Positions 28,440-39,240 of a stretch of DNA of 54,927 nt are shown one piece after another. Origin of the DNA: an uncultured Candidatus Planktophila sp. (GTDB lineage Bacteria > Actinomycetota > Actinomycetes > Nanopelagicales > Nanopelagicaceae); contig CAYGHJ010000001.1 of assembly GCA_964349605.1 (NCBI GenBank), positions 1 through 54,927 on the forward strand. The letters run 5' to 3'. Each line of letters opens with the position of its first letter. Position 1 is the stretch's first letter. The position numbers were made by a program, and so were the translations under genes. The notes beneath the pieces were generated by a model. It was not told where the DNA came from. It saw only the letters and a program-made list of their open reading frames with translations, and searched no databases.

Positions 28440-30356
28440 TTGAGAATTAGTAACAGCAAGGTCTACCCAGATCCATCACCTGTGCCCCATCACGACGGCA
28501 CAGGTCGAGTAAAGCTCGCCTTTAGATCACTTGAAAAAGATAACTCCGTCGCATCGGAGAAAACTATTACTGTCCCAACAGGTGTGAGCGCTTTCGATGC
28601 CGCCTCCTGGAACGGTATTGCAATTGATTCAACGTGCGGTGGATATGGAACCTGCAAGAAGTGCCGCATTAAAATTACTAATGGTGATGTTGAACCCTCC
28701 AAGTTAGATTTTCGAGCATTCACGGAAACTGAAATTAAAGCGGGCTGGCGATTGGCTTGCCTAGTGCGCACAAGTAGCGATGTATCAATTGATGTTCCAC
28801 CCTTAACAACTCGCCCAAAGGCTGCAACCGTTGGCGTCGGGCGCCAAGTCATTTTACGTCCCGCAGTGCAGAAACGTTACGTTGAATTAGAAGAGCCAAC
28901 GTTACATGATCAGCGGACTGACATAGTGCGATTATTTGAAGCCATCGATGATATCGAGGGCACGGCATCCCTTGCGGCCATGCGCAATATTCCACGAGTT
29001 TTGCGCGAGTCTAATTTTAAAGTAACTGCAGTCTTTGTTGATCAAGCCTTCATTGATATTGAAGCTGGGGATACAACTGCCTTTCGTTATGGAATCGCAT
29101 ACGACTTAGGAACCACAACCGTTGTGGCAACTCTATTAGATTTAAATACCGGCACACCTTTGGCAGTTAAATCAATTCTTAATAAGCAGCAACCATTTGG
29201 TGCAGATGTAATTACGCGAATTAGTGCCACAATGCTAGATCCGGCTGCCCTTGAAAAACTATCTTCGCTCGCACAAGAGACGCTTAATCAACTTACTCAA
29301 GAGGTCTGCAAGGAGGCCGGAGTCGACCCACTGCATGTTTATGAAATTGCTATCGCCGGTAATGCAACTATGAACCAATTGCTCCTTGGAATTGACCCTG
29401 AACCTCTAGGGGTTGCGCCATTTATTATGGCGGCAGCTGATTTTCCCGATGTAGAGGCTAAAGATATTGGGATTGTTATCCATCCGCGCGCGAAAGCGAT
29501 TATTTTGCCATCGTTAGGTGCATATGTTGGTGGAGATATTATCGCTGGCGCGCTTGCATCTGGAATGGATCGCGACAAGCGATTGCGATTATTTATCGAT
29601 GTCGGAACTAACTGTGAAATCGTCCTTGGGGATGGTGAAAAGATTTTGGCAACAGCGGCCCCGGCTGGTCCAGCATTTGAGGCGGCAAGTATTAAATGCG
29701 GCGTCCGCGCCGCCTCAGGTGCGATTGAAACCATCAAAATTACCGACGGCCAACTAGTAATCGGCACAATTGATGATGCCCCTGCCATTGGAATCTGCGG
29801 CTCAGGTTTAGTCGATGCATGTGCCAGTTTGGTTGGCATTGGATTTCTCGATCACTCTGGACGCTTTGTCACCGATGATGTTGCTAAAGAGTTAGCGCCA
29901 ACGTTGGCGGATCGATTGCTTATGCGCGAAGGTGAACGCGTTTTTGTTTTAACTTGGAGTAAAGAGGTAGGCGACTTAACTGATTGCGTGTTTTTAACGC
30001 AACGTGACGTACGTGAGCTTCAATTTGCTAAAGCGGCCATTGCAACAGGGTGGGCGTTACTTCTAGAAGAGTTTGGCGTGGAAGAGTCTGAGATTCAACA
30101 AGTACTTCTTGCCGGTTCTTTTGGCTCTTACCTCTCCCCCGCATCTGCAATTAAAATAGGTCTTGTACCCAAACTCTCCGTTATGCGCATTTTATCGGCG
30201 GGTAATGTTGCAGGAGAGGGTGCAAAAATGGTCTTGCTTTCTGCTCAAGAGCGACATGGAGCGGCTGCATTATTGGAAGAGATTACATATGTCGAACTCT
30301 CAGATCGCGCAGATTTTAACGATAAATTTGTAGATCGCTTAGCTTTCCCGGCATGA
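28440..30356 (+). CDS. Reductive activator of corrinoid proteins (RACo/RamA-like; 2Fe-2S + ASKHA)
   Basis: CGGYGTCKKC...RLAC, DLGTTT, DVGTNCE, GPAFE, GICGSG, LAGSFG. Confidence 0.9.
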   Translation: MRISNSKVYPDPSPVPHHDGTGRVKLAFRSLEKDNSVASEKTITVPTGVSAFDAASWNGIAIDSTCGGYGTCKKCRIKITNGDVEPSKLDFRAFTETEIKAGWRLACLVRTSSDVSIDVPPLTTRPKAATVGVGRQVILRPAVQKRYVELEEPTLHDQRTDIVRLFEAIDDIEGTASLAAMRNIPRVLRESNFKVTAVFVDQAFIDIEAGDTTAFRYGIAYDLGTTTVVATLLDLNTGTPLAVKSILNKQQPFGADVITRISATMLDPAALEKLSSLAQETLNQLTQEVCKEAGVDPLHVYEIAIAGNATMNQLLLGIDPEPLGVAPFIMAAADFPDVEAKDIGIVIHPRAKAIILPSLGAYVGGDIIAGALASGMDRDKRLRLFIDVGTNCEIVLGDGEKILATAAPAGPAFEAASIKCGVRAASGAIETIKITDGQLVIGTIDDAPAIGICGSGLVDACASLVGIGFLDHSGRFVTDDVAKELAPTLADRLLMREGERVFVLTWSKEVGDLTDCVFLTQRDVRELQFAKAAIATGWALLLEEFGVEESEIQQVLLAGSFGSYLSPASAIKIGLVPKLSVMRILSAGNVAGEGAKMVLLSAQERHGAAALLEEITYVELSDRADFNDKFVDRLAFPA

Positions 30357-30937
30357 GTATTGGCATCGTAGCCTGCGGTGCACTGGCTACCCACATTGGT
30401 GAAATTGCTGGCGATGCCGACCTTGACGTAACTATTTACCCATTGCCACCGCTATTACACAATCATCCTGAAAAAATCGCGGCGGAAGTTGATGTACTTT
30501 TGTCCGAGATTAAAGATAAGCACTCGAAATGCGCCGTTGCTTATGCCGATTGTGGAACATATGGCGCACTCGACTCTGTAATCGCGCGCCACGGCGTGGC
30601 GCGATTAGGTGGGAATCATTGTTATGACATATTTGCAGGGGCCTCTGAAATTGAGAGATTAATGGCCCAAGATGCTGGAACCTATTTTCTCACCGACTTC
30701 CTTGTTAAATCTTTTCACCGAAGTGTGATTGTCGAGTTAGGCTTAGATAAATATCCTCATCTGCGAGATGATTATTTTCGTAACTATTCGCGCGTGGTTT
30801 GGTTAGCCCAAAGTCCAACTATAGAGTTAGAGCAAGCTGCAATCGATGCTGCCAATGAAATTGGATTACCACTTGAAAAACGAATAGTTGGATACAACGG
30901 TTTACGACAACAACTGGAAGTTCTAATTAGCCATTGA
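30353..30937 (+). CDS. DUF1638 domain protein
   Basis: IVACG, LHNHPEKI, YADCGT, HCYDIF, YFLTDF; usual neighbour of corrinoid methyltransferase genes. Confidence 0.8.
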   Translation: MSIGIVACGALATHIGEIAGDADLDVTIYPLPPLLHNHPEKIAAEVDVLLSEIKDKHSKCAVAYADCGTYGALDSVIARHGVARLGGNHCYDIFAGASEIERLMAQDAGTYFLTDFLVKSFHRSVIVELGLDKYPHLRDDYFRNYSRVVWLAQSPTIELEQAAIDAANEIGLPLEKRIVGYNGLRQQLEVLISH

Positions 30938-33916
30938 TGTGATCTTCATGGCACGCACCACAGCAGGTGAAAGTAAAGAAGGATCTACATCATTTCGTAG
31001 CCGATCAATCATTGCTGGTGTCCAGAACTGAACTAAGTGATGAGCTATCTGCATATCCGGTGCGTTTTGGGCTGGAACATTTGCCGCAATTTGATTAGCC
31101 ATCCGAATTATTGAATCTAATTGTGGGTCCCCACCGATATGAGTTTCCATCATCTCTCCTGGTCCCTGAAGACTTGGTGATATCTCGACGGCGGTAACTT
31201 TGTATTCTGGGCAATTTGTGGCCCAATCAGAGTAATCAGTCGTGATTACGTTCGCTCCACTTTCTGGGAAGTGGAAAGTTGTATACACAACACCTGCCGG
31301 TACCTCATCGGTGATTCGGGCTTTCATAATCGTCTCCCCTACTCGACTAGATAGTTTGACCCACGAACCATCACTTATTCCACGAAGTTGAGCATCGGAT
31401 TCATGTAGATCCAAGATATCTTCACTGTGCCAAATATTGTTAGCTGTTCTCCTGGTTTGTGCACCAACGTTGTACTGACTTAGGACCCGCCCGGTTGTCA
31501 GCAAGAGCGGGAACCTCCGTGTTGCTTTTTCATCTGTTGGTACGTATGGAGTTTTCATGAATCGACCTTCACCACGTACGAATTTCTCTACGTGCATCAT
31601 TGGTGTTCCTTCAGGATTGGATTCATTACATGGCCACTGGATACTTCCGAGTTCATCCAAGCGTGCAAAGGAGACGCCGGCAAAGGTTGGCGTCGTAGCT
31701 GCAATTTCATTCATGATTTCTGCGCCATTTGAATATGACATTGGATAGCCCATGGCCGTTGCTAATTCACACGTAACTTCAAACTCACTTTTACCAGTCT
31801 TAGATTTCATGACTGGTCGAACTCGGTTAATTCTGCGCTCGGCATTAGTAAATGTTCCGTCTTTTTCTAGAAATGAAGTACCTGGCAAAAAGACGTGAGC
31901 AAATTTCGAGGTTTCATTAAGAAATAAATCTTGCACTATGACCATATCCATAGCGCGCAAAGCCGCATGCACATGTGAAGTATTGGGATCAGATTGTGCG
32001 ATGTCTTCTCCCTGAACATAGAGTCCACGATATTGACCAGCGAGGGCAGCATCAAACATATTTGGAATTCGCATTCCTGGTGTGGATTGAAGCTCAACGT
32101 TCCAAGCATCGTTAAATATCTTGCGTGTCTCGGGATTTGATATGTGTCGATATCCCGGTAATTCATGTGGAAATGAGCCCATATCGCAGGAGCCCTGAAC
32201 ATTGTTCTGCCCTCGGAGTGGATTTACTCCGACACCTTTGCGACCAATATTTCCAGTTGCCATTGCGAGATTTGCAATGCCCATGACCATTGTCGAACCT
32301 TGACTATGTTCGGTGACGCCGAGGCCGTAGTAGATTGAGCCATTTGTTGCGTTAGCAAATAAATGTGCCGCCGCTCGAATCTGCGCAGCAGGTACGCGGG
32401 AGAAAGCTTCTAAAGTTTCAGGAGAGTTTTCGGGCAGAGAGATAAAATCTTCCCATTCTCTAAATGGTTCGGCCTCACAGCGCTCTTCTACAAATTGGCG
32501 TTTGATCAAACCGTCGGTCGCTATAACATGTGCCAAAGCATTTATTACTGCGACATTTGTTCCTGGCATTAACTGCAGGTGATGTGAGGCGGTTACGCCA
32601 GGAGTTCGGACAAGTGGAATAGTCCGTGGGTCTATAACGATTAACTTAGCGCCTTTGCGAATAGCGCTCTTCATGCGCGAGGCAAAAACCGGGTGGGCCG
32701 ACGTTGGGTTTGCGCCAATGAGCATAATGACATCACTATGTTCTACCGACTCGAAATCCTGAGTTCCAGCAGAAGTTCCAAAAGTCTGCCCCAAACCATA
32801 ACCAGTCGGAGAATGGCACACACGTGCACAGGTATCTACATTGTTATTGCCGAATGCAGCTCGAACCATCTTTTGGACGACAAATACCTCTTCATTTGTA
32901 CAGCGCGAAGAAGTTATTCCACCAATTGCATTAACTCCACTCTCACTTTGAATCCGCTTTAAACCATCGGCGGCAAATGAAATCGCCTCATCCCAAGAAA
33001 CCTCTTTCCAGGGATCGGTAATCGCGTTTCGAATCATTGGCTTTGTAATTCGATCTGTATGCGTGGCATAACCATAGGCAAAACGACCCTTTACGCATGA
33101 GTGTCCCTCGTTAGCTCCGCCAGCTTTAAGTGGAACCATACGGACGACTTCATCTCCACGCATTTCGGCTTTAAAACTACAGCCAACTCCACAATAGGCA
33201 CATGTTGTAATCACCGATGATGTTGGTGAACCGATAGTCAACAAAGTCTTTTCAGTTAAAGCTCCTGTTGGACAGGCCTGCACACACGCACCACATGAGA
33301 CGCATTCACTTTCAATGAAGGATGTCCCTGAAGATGAAACTCGCGCTTCAAATCCACGGTTTTCAATCGTTAAGGCAAATGTTCCTTGCACTTCATCACA
33401 AGCGCGGACACAGCGGTTGCAGACGATGCACTCTGTGGAGTCAAATGTAAAGTATGGATTGCTCTCGTCTTTTTTTAATCCTAGATGTGTATCAACGCTG
33501 GCATATCGACTTGTTGTAATACCGATTTTCTTAGCTACTCCGTGAACTTCACACTCATCACCAGTGGCGCAATGTTCGGGATGATCTGACAGGTACAACT
33601 CCATTACGCCTTTGCGAATTCGATCAAGCTTTTCTGATTGAGTTGAAACTTTCATTCCCGCAGCTACTGGAGTTGTACAGGAGGATGGCGTGCCGTTGCG
33701 TCCATCAATTTGAATGACACAGAGCCGGCAGGAACCAAATGCCTTCAAACGGTCGGTGGAACAGAGTTTAGGTATATCGATTCCGGCCTCTAATGCCGCA
33801 CGCATAATCGATGTATCGGCGGCCACTGTAATTGACCTGCCATCGATCTCCAGGCTGACCTGATCTAGTTTTTGACTAGCTGGAGTTCCAAAATCGGGCT
33901 CAAAAATCATGGTCAT
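30923..33916 (-). CDS. fdsA: NAD-dependent Mo formate dehydrogenase alpha subunit with fused C-terminal FdsD-like domain
   Basis: Fe-S motifs, CAYCGVGC, CARVCH (Cys, not Sec), LRGQNNVQG; tail IIRMANQIA...HLVQFWTPAM. Confidence 0.92.
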   Translation of the reverse strand: MTMIFEPDFGTPASQKLDQVSLEIDGRSITVAADTSIMRAALEAGIDIPKLCSTDRLKAFGSCRLCVIQIDGRNGTPSSCTTPVAAGMKVSTQSEKLDRIRKGVMELYLSDHPEHCATGDECEVHGVAKKIGITTSRYASVDTHLGLKKDESNPYFTFDSTECIVCNRCVRACDEVQGTFALTIENRGFEARVSSSGTSFIESECVSCGACVQACPTGALTEKTLLTIGSPTSSVITTCAYCGVGCSFKAEMRGDEVVRMVPLKAGGANEGHSCVKGRFAYGYATHTDRITKPMIRNAITDPWKEVSWDEAISFAADGLKRIQSESGVNAIGGITSSRCTNEEVFVVQKMVRAAFGNNNVDTCARVCHSPTGYGLGQTFGTSAGTQDFESVEHSDVIMLIGANPTSAHPVFASRMKSAIRKGAKLIVIDPRTIPLVRTPGVTASHHLQLMPGTNVAVINALAHVIATDGLIKRQFVEERCEAEPFREWEDFISLPENSPETLEAFSRVPAAQIRAAAHLFANATNGSIYYGLGVTEHSQGSTMVMGIANLAMATGNIGRKGVGVNPLRGQNNVQGSCDMGSFPHELPGYRHISNPETRKIFNDAWNVELQSTPGMRIPNMFDAALAGQYRGLYVQGEDIAQSDPNTSHVHAALRAMDMVIVQDLFLNETSKFAHVFLPGTSFLEKDGTFTNAERRINRVRPVMKSKTGKSEFEVTCELATAMGYPMSYSNGAEIMNEIAATTPTFAGVSFARLDELGSIQWPCNESNPEGTPMMHVEKFVRGEGRFMKTPYVPTDEKATRRFPLLLTTGRVLSQYNVGAQTRRTANNIWHSEDILDLHESDAQLRGISDGSWVKLSSRVGETIMKARITDEVPAGVVYTTFHFPESGANVITTDYSDWATNCPEYKVTAVEISPSLQGPGEMMETHIGGDPQLDSIIRMANQIAANVPAQNAPDMQIAHHLVQFWTPAMIDRLRNDVDPSLLSPAVVRAMKITSMAN

Positions 33917-35436
33917 CTGCGCACTCCGTTGAAGTCGGCCGGGAAGTTAATCATCGCACTCTTAACCGGCAATGGGGTCAAACCACCCATAGCGCAGAGG
34001 GATCCATCGGTCATTACTTCACAGAGATCAAGAAGTAATTTCTTATTCTCATCTACCCTCACGCCTTTTATAATCAGGTCGATAGTTTCAGCCCCGCGAG
34101 TAGAGCCAATTCGACATGGTGTGCATTTGCCACAGGATTCAATGGCACAAAACTCCATCGCAAACTTAGCTTGCACGGCTAAATCAACGGTGTCATCAAA
34201 GACGACAATGCCACCATGCCCCAACATTCCACCGGCAGCAAGGAGTGATTCATAATCCATTGACGTTTCAAACTGCGCCGTTGAAAAATAAGCCCCGAGT
34301 GGACCGCCGATTTGAACTGCGCGAACTGGCCGACCAGTAAGAGTTCCACCTCCATATGTATTGACTAACTCAGCCAGGCTGATACCAAATTCGCACTCAA
34401 CGATTCCACCTCGTGCAATATTGCCGGCTAATTGGAATACCTGGGTCCCCAGTGAACGACCGACGCCACGAGCTTTATATTCATCGGCCCCTTGAGCCAT
34501 AATCATCGGAACCGTCGAGAGAGTCAAGACATTATTAATGACTGTCGGCTGACCAAAGAGTCCTTCTATTGCAGGAAGTGGGGGTTTTGCGCGTACAACT
34601 CCGCGCTTGCCTTCAATACTTTCCAGCATGGCAGTTTCTTCTCCACAGACATAGGAACCTGCCCCCACGCGAATCTGTATATCAAAAGAGTTTGTGGAAT
34701 CCAAAACTCGATTCCCTAACCAACCACTCTTTCGTGCAATATCAATTGCTCTCTGCAGCATTGAAATCGCATATGGATACTCAGATCGAATATAGACAAT
34801 GCCTTTGGTCGCACCAACTGCAATTGCAGCGATAGTCATACCCTCAATCAAGGTAAATGGGTCACCCTCAATTAACATACGGTCAGCGAAAGTTCCGCTA
34901 TCACCCTCATCGGCGTTACAACAAATATATTTTTCTTCACTTATAGTCTGTGCCACTGTTCGCCATTTTATGCCGGCCGGAAAACCTGCTCCGCCGCGAC
35001 CGCGAAGCCCTGACTCTGTAACTTCATCGATAATTGAAGCCTTTTCAAGCGTGAGCGCTTTACGCAAGCCAATCAAGCCGCCATGGGCACGATAGTCATC
35101 TAGAGAGAGTGGATCGATTATGCCGACTCGTGCAAAGGTGACTCGATCTTGCGAGGCTAACCACTCAATCTCATCACTCTTACCAAGTGACAAAGGATGC
35201 GCGCCGCCATGTAGAAAATCGGCATCAACGAGAGATTGCACATCTTTTGGATTAACTGGTCCATAGGCAATGCGCCCAGTTGGAAGTTCGACTTCGACGA
35301 GAGTTTCAAGCCATAGCGCTCCACGTGAACCATTTCGAACAATCTGGATATCTGGAAGTAATTGGGCAAATGCCGCAGCAACCCCATCGGCTCCAACTGA
35401 AATTGCCGCGCTGTCTCCTGGAATAAAGAGCCTCAT
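33913..35436 (-). CDS. fdsB: Formate dehydrogenase beta subunit (NuoF-like)
   Basis: GLRGRGGAGFP, NADEGD, YVCGEET, ESCGKCTPCR. Confidence 0.9.
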   Translation of the reverse strand: MRLFIPGDSAAISVGADGVAAAFAQLLPDIQIVRNGSRGALWLETLVEVELPTGRIAYGPVNPKDVQSLVDADFLHGGAHPLSLGKSDEIEWLASQDRVTFARVGIIDPLSLDDYRAHGGLIGLRKALTLEKASIIDEVTESGLRGRGGAGFPAGIKWRTVAQTISEEKYICCNADEGDSGTFADRMLIEGDPFTLIEGMTIAAIAVGATKGIVYIRSEYPYAISMLQRAIDIARKSGWLGNRVLDSTNSFDIQIRVGAGSYVCGEETAMLESIEGKRGVVRAKPPLPAIEGLFGQPTVINNVLTLSTVPMIMAQGADEYKARGVGRSLGTQVFQLAGNIARGGIVECEFGISLAELVNTYGGGTLTGRPVRAVQIGGPLGAYFSTAQFETSMDYESLLAAGGMLGHGGIVVFDDTVDLAVQAKFAMEFCAIESCGKCTPCRIGSTRGAETIDLIIKGVRVDENKKLLLDLCEVMTDGSLCAMGGLTPLPVKSAMINFPADFNGVRR

Positions 35437-35858
35437 TGACAGGCCCCTTCTATCTTTTCAAGCGTCGCACGCCCAATAATCTTTCCATCTACCATTGCCG
35501 CAGGTCCAAGGGCGCAGTTTCCAAAGCAGTAATTCACCCGAGTTTCCTCAGGAAATTTCGCTTTCACTTCGCGCTCTAAATTACGCGCTCCAACAGCTTG
35601 GCACGCTTCAGCTACGCAAATCGAGATCTCGTGCTGCGTTGGTGGCGTAGTCCGCAGATCATGGTAAAAAGTTAGAACACCATGTACGTCGGCCCTAGAT
35701 TTATTAAGGAGTTGTGCAATGAGTTCTACGCATGCCTTATCAACGTAGCCAAACTCTCTCTGCATTAACTGCAGTGCCATGAGTACAGCTCCTTTTTCTT
35801 CACGCAGGGTCGCAAGAAGAGCTACTGCTCTCTCTTGTGACCACGGTGAATAATTCAT
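35433..35858 (-). CDS. fdsG: Formate dehydrogenase gamma subunit (NuoE-like)
   Basis: SRADVHGVLTFY, CVAEAC, CFGNCALGP. Confidence 0.88.
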   Translation of the reverse strand: MNYSPWSQERAVALLATLREEKGAVLMALQLMQREFGYVDKACVELIAQLLNKSRADVHGVLTFYHDLRTTPPTQHEISICVAEACQAVGARNLEREVKAKFPEETRVNYCFGNCALGPAAMVDGKIIGRATLEKIEGACQ

Positions 35859-37522
35859 TAGAACAAACCTACGACCTTTCCATCAACATAATCAATGCGC
35901 TCAGCAGCTGGAACTTTAGGAAGGCCTGGCATGGTCATTATTTCACCACAGATCATCACGATGAATTCGGCGCCGGCAGATAGTTTTACTTCGCGGATAT
36001 TGAGTGAATGACCACTTGGCGCTCCGCGTAGCGCGGCATCGGTGCTAAATGAGTACTGAGTTTTTGCCACACAAATAGGGAAATGCCCATATCCGGAGGC
36101 CTCGAGCTCCTTTAACTTTAGACGTACCTTTGCATCGGCGGTAACTTCTTTTGCTCCGTAGATTTTTGTGGCAACGGCATTGATTTTCTCCCACAAATTC
36201 ATCTCATCCTCATAGACGAAACTCATTTTATTTGGTTGTTCACATAGTTCCACAACTGCATGAGCTAATTCAGTGGCTCCTGCTCCACCATCTGCCCAGT
36301 GGGTAGCAAGAACAATTTTTACTCCCATAGCTTCTACGCGTGCACGGAGAAGTTCGATCTCTGCAGCGGTATCGCTCGTAAAGTTATTTATTGACACAAC
36401 TAACGGCAAATTATAGACATTCTTAATATTGTGGATATGTCGCTCTAAATTAACTATTCCCGCCTCGAGCGCTCCTAGATTTTCTTGCGTGATGGTCTTC
36501 AAATCTGCACCACCGTGATATTTAATTGCACGAATGGTTGCTACTAGAACGCATGCCGATGGACGCAAACCTGACTTACGGCATTTAATATCAATAAATT
36601 TTTCAGCACCAAGATCTGCGCCAAAGCCCGCCTCCGTCACAACGTAGTCAGCTAATTTCATCGCTGAAGTCGTTGCAACAACCGAATTACAGCCATGAGC
36701 AATGTTGGCAAATGGTCCACCATGAATAAATGCAGGCGTGTTTTCTAAAGTTTGAACTAAATTAGGTTGGAAAGCATCTTTCAATATAACCGTCATTGCG
36801 CCTTGAGCATTGAGTTCGCTTGCAAGCACTGGAGTCTTATCTCGCTTATAGCCAACGACGATTTTCCCAATCTTCTCCTTTAAATCTTCGATCGATGTTG
36901 CAAGACAGAAGATGGCCATAATCTCCGAGGCCACAACAATGTCAAAACCATCACTGCGTGGGTAACCATTACCTACCCCACCAATGGATTGAATAATCTC
37001 GCGCAGAGCACGATCATTCATGTCGACAACTCGCTTCCACGTCACTCTACGAATATCGATTGCTAACTCATTGCCGTGGTGAATATGGTTATCGATGAGC
37101 GCGGCGAGCAAGTTGTTTGCCAGAGCAATGGCATTAAAATCACCGGTAAAGTGCAGGTTTATATCCTCCATTGGAACTACTTGGGCATATCCACCTCCAG
37201 CGGCGCCGCCCTTCATTCCAAAGACTGGACCAAGAGATGGCTCGCGCAATGCAATCATCGCATTCTTGCCAATATGGCGAAGTGCATCACCTAATCCAAC
37301 CGTTGTAGTTGTCTTTCCTTCCCCTGCTGGAGTTGGACTAATCGCAGTTACCAAAATTAGTTTTGATCCGTTTCGCTCAGGGAGTGCAGTTAAATACTTT
37401 AAATTCACCTTCGCTTTATATTTTCCATAAGCCTCAAGATTTTCAACGTCAATCCCAAGAGATGCTCCAATCTCATTGATTGGTTTCATGGTTGCAGCTT
37501 GTGCAATTTCGATATCTGACAT
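35858..37522 (-). CDS. fhs: Formate--tetrahydrofolate ligase
   Basis: [35 protein letters not shown]. Confidence 0.97.
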   Translation of the reverse strand: MSDIEIAQAATMKPINEIGASLGIDVENLEAYGKYKAKVNLKYLTALPERNGSKLILVTAISPTPAGEGKTTTTVGLGDALRHIGKNAMIALREPSLGPVFGMKGGAAGGGYAQVVPMEDINLHFTGDFNAIALANNLLAALIDNHIHHGNELAIDIRRVTWKRVVDMNDRALREIIQSIGGVGNGYPRSDGFDIVVASEIMAIFCLATSIEDLKEKIGKIVVGYKRDKTPVLASELNAQGAMTVILKDAFQPNLVQTLENTPAFIHGGPFANIAHGCNSVVATTSAMKLADYVVTEAGFGADLGAEKFIDIKCRKSGLRPSACVLVATIRAIKYHGGADLKTITQENLGALEAGIVNLERHIHNIKNVYNLPLVVSINNFTSDTAAEIELLRARVEAMGVKIVLATHWADGGAGATELAHAVVELCEQPNKMSFVYEDEMNLWEKINAVATKIYGAKEVTADAKVRLKLKELEASGYGHFPICVAKTQYSFSTDAALRGAPSGHSLNIREVKLSAGAEFIVMICGEIMTMPGLPKVPAAERIDYVDGKVVGLF

Positions 37523-37525
37523 TTT

Positions 37526-38485
37526 TTATCCCTTAGCCTGACGTATGGCGCTTGTGAGCGCGGGTATAATTTGGTGTAAATCTCCGATGATTGCGTAATC
37601 GGCATAACGAAGTATCGGAGCCTCTGGATCGGTATTGATAACTACAATCGTCTTACTATTTTTCATTCCGGCAATATGCTGCATCGCTCCGGAAATTCCT
37701 GCAGCGATATAAAGATCTGGTGCGACTTTTGTACCAGTCTGCCCCACTTGTTCGGCATGTGGGCGCCAACCCGAACTGGTCACAACGCGAGAACAGCCCA
37801 CGGTTCCACCTAGGAGTTCTGCCAACTCTTCTAAGCTACCGAAACCATCGGCTCCGCCAACTCCTCTTCCTCCGGAAACTATTACTTTTGCATCATTGAG
37901 AGTAATCCCACCTTTAGATTCTCCAGAATCACGACTCAAGATTCTTACAACGCAGTCTTCTGGCAGTAACGAAGGCTCGAACGGGACAACGGTTGCTGGC
38001 GCGCCTCCTGTTGCTTGTGCTTCAATAGAAAAACCAAGAATGCTAGCAACTAGTAAATCGGAGTGAACAAGTGCTGATTCAATAAGGTTGCCAGCCCATC
38101 GCGCACGGAGCACTTGATGTGGTGAGCCTAAAGTTATTTCAGAGCATTCAGCGGCCATTGGAATATCTAAAAAGGCCGATAGGTGCGCAAGTTGTTCATT
38201 TCCGCGTGGAGTGCCTGCAGCTAAAACCGCGGCGGGCTTTAGTTTTTCAACTAAATCCTTAAGCGCTCGGCCCGATGCCATCGGCGTGTAATCGGTAATG
38301 GCGCTATGTGTTGCTACATGCAATACCGTGGCACCATACTCGCCCACAATCGCAGCAAGGGCGCCGCCTTCACTTCCAATCGCAACGGCTTCAATATCAT
38401 GTCCTAACTTTCGTGCAGCGGTGAGGGCGCGAAGTGATAAAGGATCGATTTCTCCACGATCATGATCTATAAGAACCAAAATCAT
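37526..38485 (-). CDS. etfA: Electron transfer flavoprotein alpha subunit
   Basis: SGGRG, QVGQTG, GISGAMQH. Confidence 0.93.
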   Translation of the reverse strand: MILVLIDHDRGEIDPLSLRALTAARKLGHDIEAVAIGSEGGALAAIVGEYGATVLHVATHSAITDYTPMASGRALKDLVEKLKPAAVLAAGTPRGNEQLAHLSAFLDIPMAAECSEITLGSPHQVLRARWAGNLIESALVHSDLLVASILGFSIEAQATGGAPATVVPFEPSLLPEDCVVRILSRDSGESKGGITLNDAKVIVSGGRGVGGADGFGSLEELAELLGGTVGCSRVVTSSGWRPHAEQVGQTGTKVAPDLYIAAGISGAMQHIAGMKNSKTIVVINTDPEAPILRYADYAIIGDLHQIIPALTSAIRQAKG

Positions 38486-39240
38486 TAAAAGGCTCCAATC
38501 TGCTTCAGGACTTCAACTAAGGCTGGAACGGCCTCTGTACCTTTACCTAATATTTCTGCCCCTTTATCTTTTGATGGCGCTAGGGCGAGTGTGAGCTTTT
38601 CAAGTTTTGGAGTTCGAGGTTCGGCCTTCTTCATATCTACAATTTTTTTACGTGCCTGCATACGTCCTGGCACTGATGGATATCGTGGAATATTTAGACC
38701 GTCGCGAACGGTCACAATTGCAGGTAATGGGGCCTCATAATGCTCACGTCCATTTGAAACAACGCGCTCACAGCCAACAACGCCATTTTCAATTTTCATG
38801 GACTTTACATTTGTAATAATTGGGCGGTTAAGGGCGTGCGCAACTCGAATGTGAATTTGGTATCCGGCGCTATCTGCCGACTCCGCACCAAAAATAATTA
38901 AATCAAACTTCGTCTCATCGGCATTAATCGCATCGACTAATGCAGCTGCCGTTCCCTGCGGATCCCACTCTTGTCCATCGGTTTCAATAAGAACGGCGCG
39001 GGTTGCACCAATTGCCAGCTGAGATCGAAGCTGTTCTTCGGCATCACTGGCCCCGAGAGTTAAAAGTGTTAGTGTGCCACCCATTTGCTCGACTAACTGC
39101 ACACCTGCTTCGACGGCATTTTCTTCGTGGGGACTAATGCCAAAACCCAGATGCTTCGTTTCAATGTCTCTCGAATCTGGAGTTAGGATTAAAGTTCCGC
39201 CTGCCAATGGAACGCGTTTTAGGCAAACAAGTACATCCAT
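38485..39240 (-). CDS. etfB: Electron transfer flavoprotein beta subunit
   Basis: VCLKRVP, AVEAGVQL, NIPRYPS. Confidence 0.9.
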   Translation of the reverse strand: MDVLVCLKRVPLAGGTLILTPDSRDIETKHLGFGISPHEENAVEAGVQLVEQMGGTLTLLTLGASDAEEQLRSQLAIGATRAVLIETDGQEWDPQGTAAALVDAINADETKFDLIIFGAESADSAGYQIHIRVAHALNRPIITNVKSMKIENGVVGCERVVSNGREHYEAPLPAIVTVRDGLNIPRYPSVPGRMQARKKIVDMKKAEPRTPKLEKLTLALAPSKDKGAEILGKGTEAVPALVEVLKQIGAF

